Assembly (NCBI GenBank): GCA_951406725.2
Contig: OX597820.1
Location: 72,850,001 to 72,914,000 of the forward strand
Length of the DNA stretch: 64,000 nt
Direction: 5' to 3'
Source of the DNA: Octopus vulgaris
Taxonomy: Eukaryota
In this document: positions 1 through 14,132 of the stretch, piece by piece
Position numbering within the stretch: the first letter of the stretch is position 1
Layout of the letters: each line of letters starts with the position of its first letter
Notes under the pieces: model-generated
The model's database searches: none
Told to the model about the DNA's origin: nothing
The model's input: the letters and a program-made list of their open reading frames with translations, nothing else
Translations under genes and position numbers: made by a program

Positions 1-840
1 ATTTGTACACCAGTGGAGGAAAAAATAGATAAAAATAATTATGATTCGATTATATTTTCCATTTGAGGGTGATGGCTGGAAACAGTTGTAGGAAAGAGCA
101 AGTATATTGTAATATAAATGTCGGTTTAGAAGAAAGGGGTCATTCGTTGTAGGACTAGATCAGAATGTAGAATGCTTTGACGCCACCAGGGTTGTGCACA
201 ACTGCTATGATTTTGTGATCATCCACTCATTGCAAATAGCTCTTAAGCAGATAAAAGTCTTACTTTCCCTCTATTTATCTAAGAGAATTTTTCCTTTAGT
301 GAATCTTTAAAATGTTTCTCAAAGGTAACACATATCGGGAATTGAGGTACAATGAGATGATGCGACTTCCCCACATAACTGCTACCTTACCATACATAAG
401 CCGCATTACCGTTAGTTTGTACTAACACTTTATGATATGATATTGCTTCCAGTATTTTACTATTTGTATCCATCATTGGACAAAGCGGAATTATGCTTAT
501 CCAGCTCCCTAGCTTACGATACTCGGTCTCTCATTTATAACAACGCCGCATTAAAAGCGGGGCTTTTTTTTTATACGATTAAAATTTATGAAAAACAAAA
601 ACGCATCTTCTACGCTAGGAAATACGGTGATAAATCAAAATTATAATCGTGGAGGGTAGAAAAAATTATATCAGTATTAAGTGAAATAAATAAAAAAAAA
701 ACAAGCCTAGGTGAGACAACCATGATATTTAAATTGATTAAATTTAATTCAAAATACAATGTGAGCAATAGATTGAAGAGCAAATCTGAGGCCGGCAGAT
801 TTCATGTTTATGTTAATGTTCTTCGTCAGTATAAAGGCAG

Positions 841-993
841 AGGTGCAGGGTATCAACTTGTGATTAAGAAGTTCGCTTGGCAAACATGGTTCTGGGTTCG
901 AGTCCACAACACAAGTGTCTTCTATTATAGTCTCGGGATAACCAATACTTTGTGAGGAGAATTTGGCAGATGGAAACTGTGCAGAAACCTGCC
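841..993 (+). mobile_element. Degenerate tRNA-derived SINE, family 1 (5' half)
   Basis: Similar to the intact copy at 53172: ...acatggttctgggttcgagtcc...caagtgtcttctattatagtctcggg...tttggcagatggaaactg. Confidence 0.65.
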
Positions 994-2394
994 ACACACA
1001 ATTCCATACATGCACATGCGCGAATGTAAAAACAAAGAAGAGTATGAGAAGAAGACGAACAAATTCTATATTTACTCGTATATAAGTTACTGCATTTTGT
1101 ACTTGATTTGAAGAGAAAAACTTGCGTGGCAACTTATATGAAGCAAGGCTAAAACTAAGAAGGGAGAAAATGATGAACCAAGATTTAGTCCTAAATCAAA
1201 GATGTACCTTATACAAAAGCAAACAGGGTATTCTATGTATGAAGTTAGACATGTAAAATATGCAGAAGGGAAAAAAGTGTAGAAATGGGAAATGGAAGTA
1301 AGGCAATGAAAGAATATGTATAATTGAAAATAAATATGTATGATGAAAGGAGTAGAAAAGGGTCTAACATTCAGGGATATAACGTTTATGAAAGAATGAA
1401 AAGAAATTAGAGAGGTAAGAGAAAAAGAAAAAGAAACTATACCGAATTTACATATGTTTACAATGCAGCTTTAGTGTAAACACACACATGCACGCACACA
1501 CACACACACACACACACATGCACGCACGCACACACACACACATCCATGCACATAAACACGCACATGCGCGTGCACATATACATACACAAAATTGTTATCC
1601 GTTCTCGTTTTAAAAAATGATGGAAATCGTGCTTTAAGATAAAGTTCTCAATATAAAGAATGGAAATAATTATTAAAATAAGGACTCTTGCAAGACTAGT
1701 TTCGCTCTCTTCACCTTAGAAATCGCCAGAGCGTTACTCTCAAACGAATTCTATAGAAAATTAAAAGTTAGTCTTGTAAGATTCATGATTTTAATAGAAA
1801 GAGGATAACTGTAGATAATTGCTTCAAAACCTTCAGCTTCAATACTCTGAATATGAATTTAAATTTATACTGATAATTGGCGCATTCGGTTTTGTTAATA
1901 CACGTGTAACAAAACTAGGCAAAACTAGTTTTTACAAAACTAAGGTTTTCAGCAAAAGAAATAAATCAGCTAACATACATATTGCAAATACGATCTGTAA
2001 GGGGAACAGTAAAAATATGCAAGATTTTTCACAGGTTCAAAATGTGGAATTGGTTTTTAGTTATCTATGTTCTAAAATTGGAACTTTGCATCGTTATTAG
2101 AAACTAAATCTTTTCACATGAGATTTCAAATAATTAAAAATTGAAGGGAACATACATACGCACATGCATACAAACAAACACGCATAAATACATACATACA
2201 TACATACATACAAACACGCATAAATACATACATACACACATACATAGAAAGCTGCATATGCATTGACTCCAAATACTGCACTAATATACACATACATGCA
2301 AAAATACCTTGTTGATGGTGTTGAAATTCCGATGAAGGAGACTCGGATCTTGTTTAGAAACCGGCTCTTTCTCTATTGACAAGAAATCTTGAAA

Positions 2395-2752
2395 TACATA
2401 CATACATACATACATACACACACAACTGCATACATACATACATACATACATACATACATACATACATACATACATACATACATACATACGTACGTACGTA
2501 CGTACGTACATACATACATACATACATACATACATACATACATACATACATACATACGTACGTACGTACGTACGTACGTACATACATACATACGTACGTA
2601 CGTACATACATACATACTTACATACGTACATACATATGTACATACATACATACTTACATACGTACGTACATACATACATACATACATACGTACATACATA
2701 CGTACATACATACATACTTACATACGTACATGCATACATACGTACATACATG
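2395..2752. repeat. (TACA)n/(TACG)n microsatellite
   Basis: Direct reading; explains the MYVC/IHTY ORFs. Confidence 0.95.
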
Positions 2753-3397
2753 CACGCTAGCAAATAAAAAGCAACAGTAGGTGATACGTAACGAAGCTAC
2801 AGGACGCACACACGTTCGCTCACAGAGAGAGAGGGAGATAGAGACAGAGAGAAAGGGAGGGAGGGAGAGAGAGAGAGAGAGAGAGAATCAGACAGACAGA
2901 CTGAGAGAGAGAGAGAGAGAGAGCAAGAGGGAACGGCAATCTATAAACTCTTCCCTCTCAAAATCAACTTTTACATTACATGACTTTTCGATTTTTAACG
3001 CCACACCAATTGGTTTCGTTCGACTACACGCATTTGTATAAACAGTGAAGTATCATCGGTTTATTGAGCAAAGATTCTCACTGAAATCTGAATAATGAGA
3101 TGTAAAATTAAATGTAGCAGAAGAAAAAAAAAAAAAAAAAAGCATTTAGTTCGGCAATGCTATTGAACATGTCCATCTGTATTGTGTTGTATAGCTTCTA
3201 ATAACACCAGATAATCCTTTTCGCTATGTCTATTTTTATTCCGTGACCAGAGAGAGAGTGAAAAACATCACGATAGAGAATGTAAGGGAAATAACTGTGT
3301 ACCGATCGAATGTTTGTGAACTGATGAGCGAAGTTCGTAGTTGCTCTCTTTGTGTTCTAATAATTTTCTTGCTTTCTCTTTTCTTTTACGTGTACTA

Positions 3398-3400
3398 ATG

Positions 3401-3458
<58 letters not shown>

Positions 3459-3466
3459 TAATAATG

Positions 3467-3524
<58 letters not shown>

Positions 3525-3531
3525 TAATAAT
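3398..3531. repeat. (ATA)n microsatellite
   Basis: Direct reading. Confidence 0.95.
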
Positions 3532-4337
3532 TCTAAAGAGTGAGGCTAAAATTACCTTGCTCGCGTCCACAAACGGAATGTGCACTTAATTAACAGCTCT
3601 AAATGTAAAAATTAGAAAGAAAGAAATAAAGAAGGAAGGAAGGAAGGCAAGTGAAATAAAACCCTAGCTACATTCATGTTATGCAGTTTAGAAGTCTCTT
3701 GATTATTACAAGTTCGGAACAGACGAGTATTTTGACTGCGAAGCAGTTTGGCGACAGAGAGATGAGTGCTCACGCGAAGTAGATGCCAGATTTTCTATTA
3801 AAGATGAAAGACGTGAATCATTTACAGGCACTTCCAGAGCAAATTCAATACAGCTACAAGTTGAAACTAAATTGAAAAGATTTTGTCTAATTATATATTC
3901 TCCTATTGATTTCACATGAAGTTTTATTATTTTACGGCGTGGAAAGACATATTAGCCATTCAAAAACACACAAATACTGTTAACTTCTTTTAAGCATTAA
4001 TTAGTTTGGTGTCAGAATCTTCGTCGCACCAACTGACGCGGTTCCACTGCATCTGGTTTCTGGCCAGGTGGTTGGTCGGCATATATAAGTTCCCGGGTTA
4101 TAAATATTTTTTTCAGCCCAAAACCTCATCACAATCTTGATACAGTGGAACCGCATCTGTGACCAGGTTGCAATTGGTGCGACGAAAATTTTGACACGAA
4201 ATATTAGTGAAGTTTTGTGTATTTTTGAACAGTTGTGTGTCTCCCATATTGTAATTCTTTTAGTTTTAACATTTCAATACACGGTCTCTGATAAAATTTC
4301 TTACCGGGACAGTACATCTCCGAAATGTGTATGTTAG

Positions 4338-4700
4338 AAGCTGTGTTGTTAGAAGCTTGCTTCCCAACCATATGGTTCTGGGCAGTCCACTGCGTGGTAC
4401 CTTGAGCAAGTGTCTTCTACAATAGCCTCGGGTCAACCATGAGTGAATTTAATAGACAAAAACTGAAAGAAGCGCGCCATATATTCATATATATCTATGT
4501 GAGCGTGTGTTCATATTTGTCCCCCACCAACCTATGTTGGTGCGTTTACGTCCCCATAAATTCGACAAAGGAACCGATAAAATTAATGCCAAGCTTTAAA
4601 AACGATAAACGCTGCAGTCGATTCATTTGACTAAAACTCTTCAACGCGATGCCCCAGCATGGACGCAATCTAATGATAATGACTGAAAGTGAAACATAAA
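4338..4700 (+). mobile_element. SINE family 1, degenerate near-full copy
   Basis: Head (gaagcttgcttcccaacca...ccttgagcaagtgtcttctac), central simple repeat and 3' part (gccccagcatgg...gactgaaa) collinear with 53172-53590. Confidence 0.75.
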
Positions 4701-4773
4701 ATATATATTCTTTTATTCATTTGACTGCGACCTTGCTGGAGCACCGCCTTTAGTCGAACAGATCTACCCTAGG

Positions 4774-4822
<49 letters not shown>

Positions 4823-4960
4823 TGTCTTGAATGGCACAACAAAGTTACTATAATAACTGTTATAATATTTCGAAATACAAAAATTCCTTCTTCAGATATC
4901 GCTAGGAATTGTTCGAGTCACTGCTACAATCGGTTTTCCAACGGTTACTTCCAAGTAAGT

Positions 4961-5061
<101 letters not shown>

Positions 5062-5095
5062 AATCTACACACAACACATACATACATACATACAT

Positions 5096-5160
<65 letters not shown>

Positions 5161-6417
5161 TACATCTAACAGTAGATATGCTTTTGAATGACTAATATGT
5201 ATCTTCCGCGCAGTAATTGTTTCAGGCTCAATACACGGCCTCATGATCAAATTACTTGTCTGGCAAGTGCACATCCGAAACTTTTATTATTATTATCATT
5301 ATCTTTCATATATTGAGACTCTGCATGTTTTTCTACTGAGGAAATAACAAATGTTTTCATCCCAAAAAGTATAACTTAATTTATGTATGTACTACAAAGA
5401 GTTCACACAATCGACCTTAGTAGCAATATCTATTTTTAACAGGCAGTCTTCGACTCTTTCTATATAAACCGATTTTTAGTCCAATATTTAAAGGTATTGT
5501 CTATAGCTTTGTCTGTTTATATTATTATTTTGTCTGCTTGAATTATTTTGCGTTCTCTCGAAGATTCTAAATTCTTATATAATACGTAACGTATTATTGT
5601 TTTAGTTATGAATGTATTTAATCTCCAGAGGCGTTTATGACCAACCACAAATCCCTGTTTAGCATTTGCTATATATATGGTTAAAGTTTTGCTCTGGATT
5701 ATTAAAAATTTCGAAATAACGAGTCTCCAAGAAAGGAATAAAAGGCAAACTAACGCATTCTATGGCTAAAAAACAATGTCTGTCTATCTGTCGGTATGTA
5801 TGTATGTATGTATGTATGTATGTATGTATGTATGTATGTATGTATGTATATACGTACGTGCGTACGTATATGTCTGTATGTAGGTATGTGTGTATGCGTA
5901 TACATACATACCTCCTCTCTTCTCTTTTTCTCTCTCTCGCTGCTCACACGTGACCATTGTCCATCTTTCCTGTCCTCCCGTGACCATCTTTCTTTTCCTG
6001 CACGGACGTTCAAAAGACTGGACGTTTTTTGTCTCTCTTCTATCTTTTCTCTTTCCAGAGAAAATATTTCTCCCAGTGTTCACTATTTTACTCTCGTTCT
6101 GGTCTAACGCCCGTCTGTGTTTGTTTTCGTTTGGTTTCTTTGTATGTCTCCACAGTCCTGTTTTTGTTCCCAACTTTGACCCTCCATAAATCCTAAATTT
6201 TATTTTAGAATTTATGGGAGCAACTGTCTTTGAAGACTCATATTGTCGTTGAATGCTCGAAATGAGGAGTAGACAGACAGCCGACAACTGATGAAGGGTC
6301 CTTTCTCTGTGTTTACTTGTCCTGTTTTCTATTTTTTTCTCGTTTGTTTGCGTATTTAACTCGTTTGTTTACGTATTTCATGTTGTTGCACAGTAGGTGA
6401 CGTCCTGTACCCATATA

Positions 6418-6479
<62 letters not shown>

Positions 6480-6688
6480 CTATTATTATTTAATTGAACG
6501 CCATACATCCATTTCCAAGTACGTTTACATACATACATACATACATACATATAAACAGACAATCGTACAAAAGGTTTATGAACCCAAAATTTAGAAGCTA
6601 TCATTTCTAGCCTTATCAGCTTCAGGTTTCAACTTTCCAAAATAAAATTATTTCACGTTTTATCGAAGTTTCTAATTTTTTATGACGT

Positions 6689-6745
<57 letters not shown>

Positions 6746-7079
6746 TAGAGTTCATTTCTTTCAGCTATTTCATCTTCCTATATGTGGAAAGTCGCTCAAA
6801 CTTACTTAAAATGGAGTGGGTTACACCAGAGTAACCCATAAATGTGAAACTAAAAAAAAATAATCCATTTGTTTTCTCTACTCGTTTCTTTCTGTAGAAA
6901 AGTGCAGGCTCGAAACGTCAAAGACTTCTTCCATTTTTCCCCGAGCGTCAAACTAATACAGCGTATTTTTGTTCCCTCACCTCTGTCTTTGCATTTTCAA
7001 TTTTTTCTTTTGTACTTTATCGCATAATTTGAACCATCTCTCCTTCTCCCCCTCTCTCTATATATACACACACATCATA

Positions 7080-7971
7080 TCTATAATACATTAAAAGTCA
7101 TGTTGAATCTTGCTTGCTTAATTACTTGCAATGTTACTCAGCCAAACTGGAAAATACTATGATTTAAGTGTACCCTGATATGTAAATACGAACGGAATGA
7201 AGCAAATTTCGCGTAAAATGGATAAGTAGTTGTGAAAATATTAAGGGTTTTCGGGGTATAAATACCCAAACGGTGCATAATAGGAAAAGTCTCCGAAATT
7301 AACTTAATCCTGAAAGGGAAGTAACCCTTACTTTTCGATTAGACGGTACGATTTGTTTCTATTTTTACAGTAAATGTTTCTATTTTCGCTTTTGTTAAAT
7401 ACGATATTTTAATCATTTATGTATGTATGTATGTATGATTTATGAAGGCTGTTTGTACAAAAAGTATTTGTATTTTAGCATTCTTTAAACAGACAATATT
7501 CTAACATTTTTAAAAATTATTTTCAAGTGAATACCATTACAATAATTTATTTTGGCATATTTAAAATATCTTAAAGCGAAAATTACTTAAAAAATATGGT
7601 AAATATTTCGTAAAAGACCCGTTTGTAACCTCTGTGTGAAATAATTTTTTCCTTAGGTTTTCTCCGAGTGCATCAATGTATCTCACTACCAAAGATTTGG
7701 CTGTCATTTCTAGCACACCCTGCTACTACGTAACAGCCATTTGCGATGAAATACCCGAAATAGTTGTTACGTGGTAGCATAGCGTGCAAGAAATAGCAGC
7801 CAAATCTTTCCTTTTCTGGGGAAAGGAGCCGCTTACGCGTGATTTCGATGACATATTCGTTGAAAGCATGCAAAATAACCTGGAAAAGGAAAAAAAACAC
7901 CTACGAAACAAAACTACATTGCTGGGAAATTCAGACTTGCCCGCTGACCCAACGGGTCACGGGTAGTCTAG
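7080..7971 (+). mobile_element. Non-autonomous Helitron
   Basis: 3' GC-rich hairpin cccg(c)tgaccc-aac-gggtcacggg (7940-7963) followed by CTAG (7968-7971) then T; candidate 5' A|TCTATAATACATTAAAA at 7080. The 5' end is less certain than the 3' end. Confidence 0.6.
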
Positions 7972-8011
<40 letters not shown>

Positions 8012-8645
8012 CTCACACAAAAAATTCACAAACATGTTTACATATAAATATATTTATATACATACAAATATATGTAGCTGTATATGCGCGCGCGCGCGTT
8101 TGTGCGTGTGAATTGAAACGGAGTTGTTCATAAACCATTCAGTACGGCATAACAGCTATAACAACTTCTCCTATACCCCGTATATGTTTCAAATATACCC
8201 GGCTTCGTAGTTTGTTTTCATAGCTATAAAAACGTCTCGTTAAAACGGGGCGCTTTTTTATAGTTTATAAGAAATTACCATTTTTATTTTATACTTTTTT
8301 AATGGATAAAACTTTCTCCTATGTTATTTATTTTCATTGCGGTTTAATAACTACTGAACAAAGCATGAATCTTATCCTTATTCTTTTTTATAGTTTGACC
8401 GTCCATCTGTGAATCTTCCTGTCATTTTTTTTCTTTCCTAATGTTAATTTCCTCTCCAACTGGTTCAACAGATTCCATAACTCCGATGGAGCTACCAGAA
8501 TTAAATTATTTCTCTCTCTTGTACCTTTCAAATATTCTTTTTATTCTAAGATATCATAACATTTAATTTCCGTTCAGGCTTTTGCATAGAAAACTTTCCG
8601 CCCATTTTATATGCTGTTATATATGCTTCCATATAAGTAATATTC

Positions 8646-8812
8646 GGTGCAGGTATGGCTGTGCAGTTAAGACATTTGCTTCGCAACCACGTGGTTCCGG
8701 ATTCGACCCTACTGCACAGCACCTTATGCATGTGTGTTCTACCATAGTCTTTGCTTGGCCAGTTCCTGACGGATGGTAGAGTTTGGTCGGTAGAGGAGAT
8801 CCGTTGCGTGAA
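8646..8812 (+). mobile_element. Old SINE family 1-related copy
   Basis: ggtgcaggtatggctgtgcagttaag...gcaaccacgtggttccggattcgaccc: A/B-box-like head. Confidence 0.55.
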
Positions 8813-8851
8813 CACACACACACATACACACACACACATATCTTAGTAAAA

Positions 8852-9247
8852 ACCTTTCTTATATAGGCACAAGGCCTGATATTTTGAGAGGGGGATAGTC
8901 GATCACTTCGACCCCAGTACTTGACTCCTACTTAATTTATCGACCCCGAAAAGATTAAAGGGCAAAGCCGACCACGGCGGAGTTTGAACTCAGAACGTAG
9001 CGACGGGTGAAATACCTATTTTTTTACTACCCACAAGGAGCTAAACACAGAGAGGACAAACAAGGACAGATAAACGAATTAAGTCGATTATATCGACCCT
9101 AGTGCGTAACTGGTACTTAATTTATCGACCCCGAAAGTATGAAAAGCAAAATCGATCTCGGCGGAATTTGAACTCAGAACGCAGCAACAGACGAAATACC
9201 GCAAAGCATTTCGCCCAGCGTGCTAACGTTTCTGCCAGCTCGCCGCT
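8852..9247 (-). mobile_element. SINE family 2 tandem dimer
   Basis: Reverse complement gives head gcggcgagctggcagaaacgttagcacg...gagttcaaattccgccgag, central tcggggtcgataaattaagtaccag; the inner unit ends in the Tx1-like tail joined at 9015/9016. Confidence 0.85.
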
Positions 9248-9721
9248 AAGCATTTAATCCAGCGTGATAATGATTCTGCCAGCTCACCCCCTCAAATACC
9301 TTAGAAATAACGAACGGGAAAAAAGTATTCAACACAAGTAGGAGAGTATAACCAAGTTATTCAACAACAGCCTTGCGTCATAAATCTTGAGTTTTCGCAA
9401 ATCTACAATTGTTAGACGATAAAACAAGACTGTAACAAATGTAAATATAACATGATGAATGAACACATGTTTCCCATTGACTAAACGGGTTTCGCATTAA
9501 AACACATGAAATCTTGCGTGATTCAGCCAAGAATATTTCTAAGTGTTGGAGCAGTGAAGATACCTCACAGATTACGATCAATTTGACGCAAATTATATAT
9601 ATATGCATATGTAACCTTACGTAGCAGAATACAAATATGGCAAATTTAACCATATCTTTGTAGATTGAAATAAGGATAACAGCCATAAGTAATTTTCAAA
9701 CCTTATTGGGTTCCCATTAGA

Positions 9722-9769
<48 letters not shown>

Positions 9770-10217
9770 TGATGATAGGCAATACACCTTGAAACCTAGG
9801 TCCGTGTGTGGTTTCCGCTTCATCGGGGAATTATCTCCTTTGCAGGTTAAAGGACACCGTGATGGTGTCAAGCCTATCTGGCGACGTTGATGTTCGCCTG
9901 GGGCTAAATGCAACAGTAACACCCCCACCACCCTGCCCTGTCCCTAGCCATATTCAGATGGCTTTAGTCCCTTATGTTATGGAGCAGTTACTGTCTATAT
10001 CTCATTTAGAGAATTATTATTGCTGTCGAACAGATTTTCGAAATCAGCAAATGTATTTTGCTTGAAAATCTATATATGAATATCCTGCAGAGTGAGATTT
10101 CGTCGAGGAAGCGGGGGCCTACCACACGTTGATGATAGGCAATACACCTTGAAACCTAGGTCCGTGTGTGGTTTCCGCTTCGTCGGGGAATTATCTCCCT
10201 TTGCAGGTTAAAGGACA
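9770..10217 (+). repeat. 87-bp direct repeat with 360-bp period carrying a hammerhead-like core
   Basis: 9770-9856 is nearly identical to 10130-10217; the first copy abuts (TA)n. Confidence 0.9.
10084..10207 (+). ncRNA. Candidate type I hammerhead ribozyme
   Basis: cacacg-TTGATGA-tagg/caataca/cctt-GAAA-CCTAG-GTC-cgtgtg; stem I cacacg/cgtgtg extends imperfectly for about 40 bp; palindromic stem III ACCTAGGT. Confidence 0.7.
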
Positions 10218-10408
10218 ATGTAGAATGAGAGAAGGACGAGATGGACGCTTCATCTGTTGCCGCATTATGTCGTACGCGAATGAGAGGATTTGTAGTGTGT
10301 AATACATAGTATATAGACACACATTATGCATAAATCCGTCTAATAAAGGCCCGAAACATATCCTTGGCATCATGTTTTTATTTTGATTAATTTACTCCAC
10401 CACCAAAC

Positions 10409-10470
<62 letters not shown>

Positions 10471-10767
10471 TAAGCACATAGATGGAAAAATGAGTACTCA
10501 AATAACAGAGGTAGAGTAATATGCTTTATTTAAAAGCAGCAGAAATATAACGGAGCAGCAGAAATATAACAAAAGCTGTTACTCAGAGTTTCATGTTCCC
10601 GTTCGTATATATATGTGAGTGAGTGTGTGTGTGTGTGTGAAAAGATAAGTTCAAAAGAGAACAATTCAAACTTTTTGAGAGGTCCAAAAAGAGAGAAAGA
10701 ATGATTTTTAATAAAGATTTATCATATTCATAAAAACAGCCAGAGCAAGTAATAAGAATATGAAAAT

Positions 10768-12044
10768 AGTAGTTGAAAAATATCGTTATAGGTATAAAAA
10801 TACCATAAACAATTATAGAAAAATGGAGGAGAAAAATATGTTGAATCAAAATTAGATTTAATACAAAAAAGGATTCAATACATATGCGCGTTTCAAAGGA
10901 CAATACAAATATGTAAGAAAAATATTATAACCTTAGTAATTATAATTAAATTTATGCATTGTCATTTTCATCAGTGTGAAGAATTTTTGTAAGGACATCA
11001 AAAAATGTTTAATAAAATAAAGTAAAATAAGATACAACAAGGGAAGATACAAGTGGGGTAATATGGAAAAATCAGATATCTGCAAGCAAGTTTTAAAAGG
11101 GGAAAATAACAGTAATACTAATAGTAAGAGAGACAAAAGGAAACAGACATATCAATGTATATGCACGTCTATATGTGCGGTAAACTATAACATAAAATTA
11201 GAATGAAAAACTAACGGGTATGTTTAAAAAAATGGTAACAGGTCAAGGCAAAGTATAATAAACAGGGCCACGTGTGTATAGTAGAATATAGCGCAACAGG
11301 TGGACTAGTAGAAAAAAACCATAGAGAGTTATACATATGCATATTAGTATTGAAAAACGAAAAAATATATGTATATATATTTTACACGAGGCTAAAAAGT
11401 GATGGGCAAGACTATGTTTGAAAAAAGTTACAATGTTAAAGTGAAAATCAACATGCAAGCAGAGAAAAAAACAAAGAGAACTTAACGAGGGAAAAAAACA
11501 TCGATCAGACAAGACTGGCCGGTGTAATTCAAGATAATTACCTTGCTCAAAACTAGCCCGGCGTAGGGGAGACAATCATAAAAAATGTAAGAACTAAAAA
11601 CGAATATATGAAAGAGAAAAATGCTATAAAGTTACAAGTGATAGAAAAAGCGTATACACTTAACACATAAGGATATACAGCCAGACTCACACATACACAT
11701 ACAGAGAATACACACATACACATAACCTAAGAGTATAATAAGAGCTAAGAAGAAAAGGCAACGAGGTAATCAGTAAGGTTAATAAAAAGAAATTTGGACA
11801 TATGTTTACAAGACACACTCTTTCATCTCTCGATTTTAAGATAGAACAGCTCATTTTCATAATTTAATTATAATTACTGTGATTGTTATTTTTTTTTACA
11901 TATTTGTATTGTCCTTTGAAACGCGCGTATGTATTGAATCCCATTTTGTATTACATCTAATCTTGATTCAACATCTTTTTCTCCTCCATTTTTCTATGAA
12001 TGTTTATGGTATTTTAATACCTATAACGATATTTTTCAGCTACT
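10768..12044. repeat. ~190-bp inverted repeat (10768-10954 / 11858-12044), Penelope pseudo-LTR-like
   Basis: The arms are reverse complements; ORFs 10583- and 11879+ share SFETR.CIES.FVL.LILIQH.FLLHFS. Confidence 0.8.
10878..10978 (-). ncRNA. Candidate hammerhead ribozyme with long stem II
   Basis: Minus strand: aca-CTGATGA-aaatgacaatgcataaat...atttgtattgtccttt-GAAA-CGCGC-ATA-tgt; the plus arm has GAAACGCGCGTA. Confidence 0.55.
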
Positions 12045-13033
12045 ATAATATACAATATTCTTACGCCCTTTTCTTCTGGAATTGTATTCCCTTCTGACCT
12101 TGTGCCCTCCGTTCGAAAAATTCCTGGGACCGCGCCTAACACCATATGCCTTAAATCCTATGCAAGGTCTTTCCACTTCAAATTAAATGCTGTATCTATA
12201 TTATCATATCCAGTGTACGAGGAAATTGACCGTATGTGTGAGTAACCGGTCCATTTAATGGGGTGTCATACATAACAGTCTGCATCTGTCTTTGAGCGTA
12301 TGTACACGGTCAAATCTTATATTGTGTAGTGTCTCTTTTCGCCTAAATGTAACTGATCCACTAGCTAATCCTGTCAATGAAGAGGAGGAGAGAGAGGAGT
12401 GAGAGAGCGAGAGGGAGAGAGAGAGAGAGAGACAGACAGAGAGAGACAGACAGACAAAGTAGAGCGAAGCATATAGCGGAAAGCTGAGAGTGTTTCTCTT
12501 CCTCTGCGTGTAACTGATTCACACATTTACAACCGATCCATTCAATGAAAGAAATCCACAACAATGGAAAGGGTAAGAAACAAAAGAATATTTACTGTAT
12601 ATTCTTCTTTATAGATGGTGGACTGGAGATTTCTATTATTTTACCAATTTTTAGTTGAAATATGTCTGAAAAAGGGATTAGTTTAAAGGATTTACAACTA
12701 AAGGGGTTTTTTTTTATCAATCGAAGTTTTGCATTTTACGGTTACATTTTACATTTTACGGCTGTTTTGTATTTGAGTCTATATTTCGCATTTTGTCTGT
12801 TTTGCATTTTACGGCTACAAGTTTGCTTTTTGCGGCTATGTTCAACTTAATTCTCTATTCCTTGGAGGTGAGGTGGGGGTTGTCTTTAATTGATACATAT
12901 ATTTTGACAATTAGGTGGAGTTGCATTTGCCCTTGTATCTAAACCAGTGGCTTTCAACAATTTTTCGGCTATGGGCTCTTTTATTCCTTTTTTACACTAC
13001 TGGGTCTCCATAGACATTGGATATATAATATAA

Positions 13034-13127
<94 letters not shown>

Positions 13128-13129
13128 AC

Positions 13130-13251
13130 AATAAGAAAATGGAGGGGATCAATAGGTGGTTCATCAACTTTTAGACAAATTATATGTCAATTTATTTATT
13201 TATTTACTAAAATTTGCTGAACCACCTATTGATCCCTTCCATATTCTTATT
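13130..13251. repeat. Short foldback with ~45-bp arms
   Basis: aataagaaaatggaggggatcaataggtggttca... pairs with ...tgaaccacctattgatcccttccatattcttatt. Confidence 0.8.
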
Positions 13252-13430
13252 GGTCTATAACTTAATGGCAAAATAACTCTTTACCCTCACCCATTTAGTA
13301 CACTCGGTAATGTAATTATCAATAATTATAACTATAATTATATCAATAATTATAACTATTGATAATTATCAATAATTATAACTATAATTATAGAAGCATC
13401 GACGACAGTTGAAAACTAATGAGTCCTGGG

Positions 13431-14132
13431 CAGTGGCGACTCGTGTATAAGAACTGCGGAACTGCAGCACCCCCTAATTCCACTCGATATTAACGATAAA
13501 ATTGAATATAATGAGACCTTTTTTCTTTAATTCTTTCTTTATATTTGTACATTATAAAATCCTTAAGCTTAATGTCAGTAGCCATCCCTGAGTTTATGAA
13601 AAAAATACAAAAATCCTTGTATAGAACTGTGCGCTTCACAGTTCCAGCGACGCGGTGTTTGGCTGTTGTGCGCATGCTCACATGTCCGAGATAGGAAGCT
13701 TCATATAAGGGAGAGAGAGAGAGAGCATTGCGTGAACCACAGTGTCAAGGTGAAAGGTAGTGTTTCTTTTTGACTCCGCGTGTGTTGTGCTTAAAAACAT
13801 GTTTATATTATTGAATGTGATAAAGTGTAGAATTAGATTATTATCCTGCTTCCAGCTTCCGTGTTGCTACCAGGATTTGAAAAGTAGGACACATCCCCGC
13901 GCCCGCATATTTTGTGATTTAGGGGGAACTTTTGAAAAACAAGAGGTAATTCGTGGCAGTGTTCACTGAACAAATTAAACACTCAATCCGGCAGCGGCTA
14001 AAACGCGAACCGATCAAGTTTATGTATAAATTTTCTTTTTATATGTTCGTTTCCTTTTACACAATATTAAAACAACGGCTAAAAATTTTCTGAAGCAGCT
14101 CTCCCGCTAATTGTATCTACGAGCCGCCACTG
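13431..14132. mobile_element. Non-autonomous hAT-type element
   Basis: TIR cagtggcgactcgt / acgagccgccactg; 8-bp TSD gtcctggg (13423-13430) and gtcctgag (14133-14140). Confidence 0.85.

Noticed and set aside
2097-3589. Long ORFs such as MYVC, IHTY and poly-I (also at 28166-28754, 42580-46945, 49954-50331, 63055-63417)
   Set aside because: Stop-free translations of (TACA)n, (TA)n and (ATA)n microsatellites; no coding signal.
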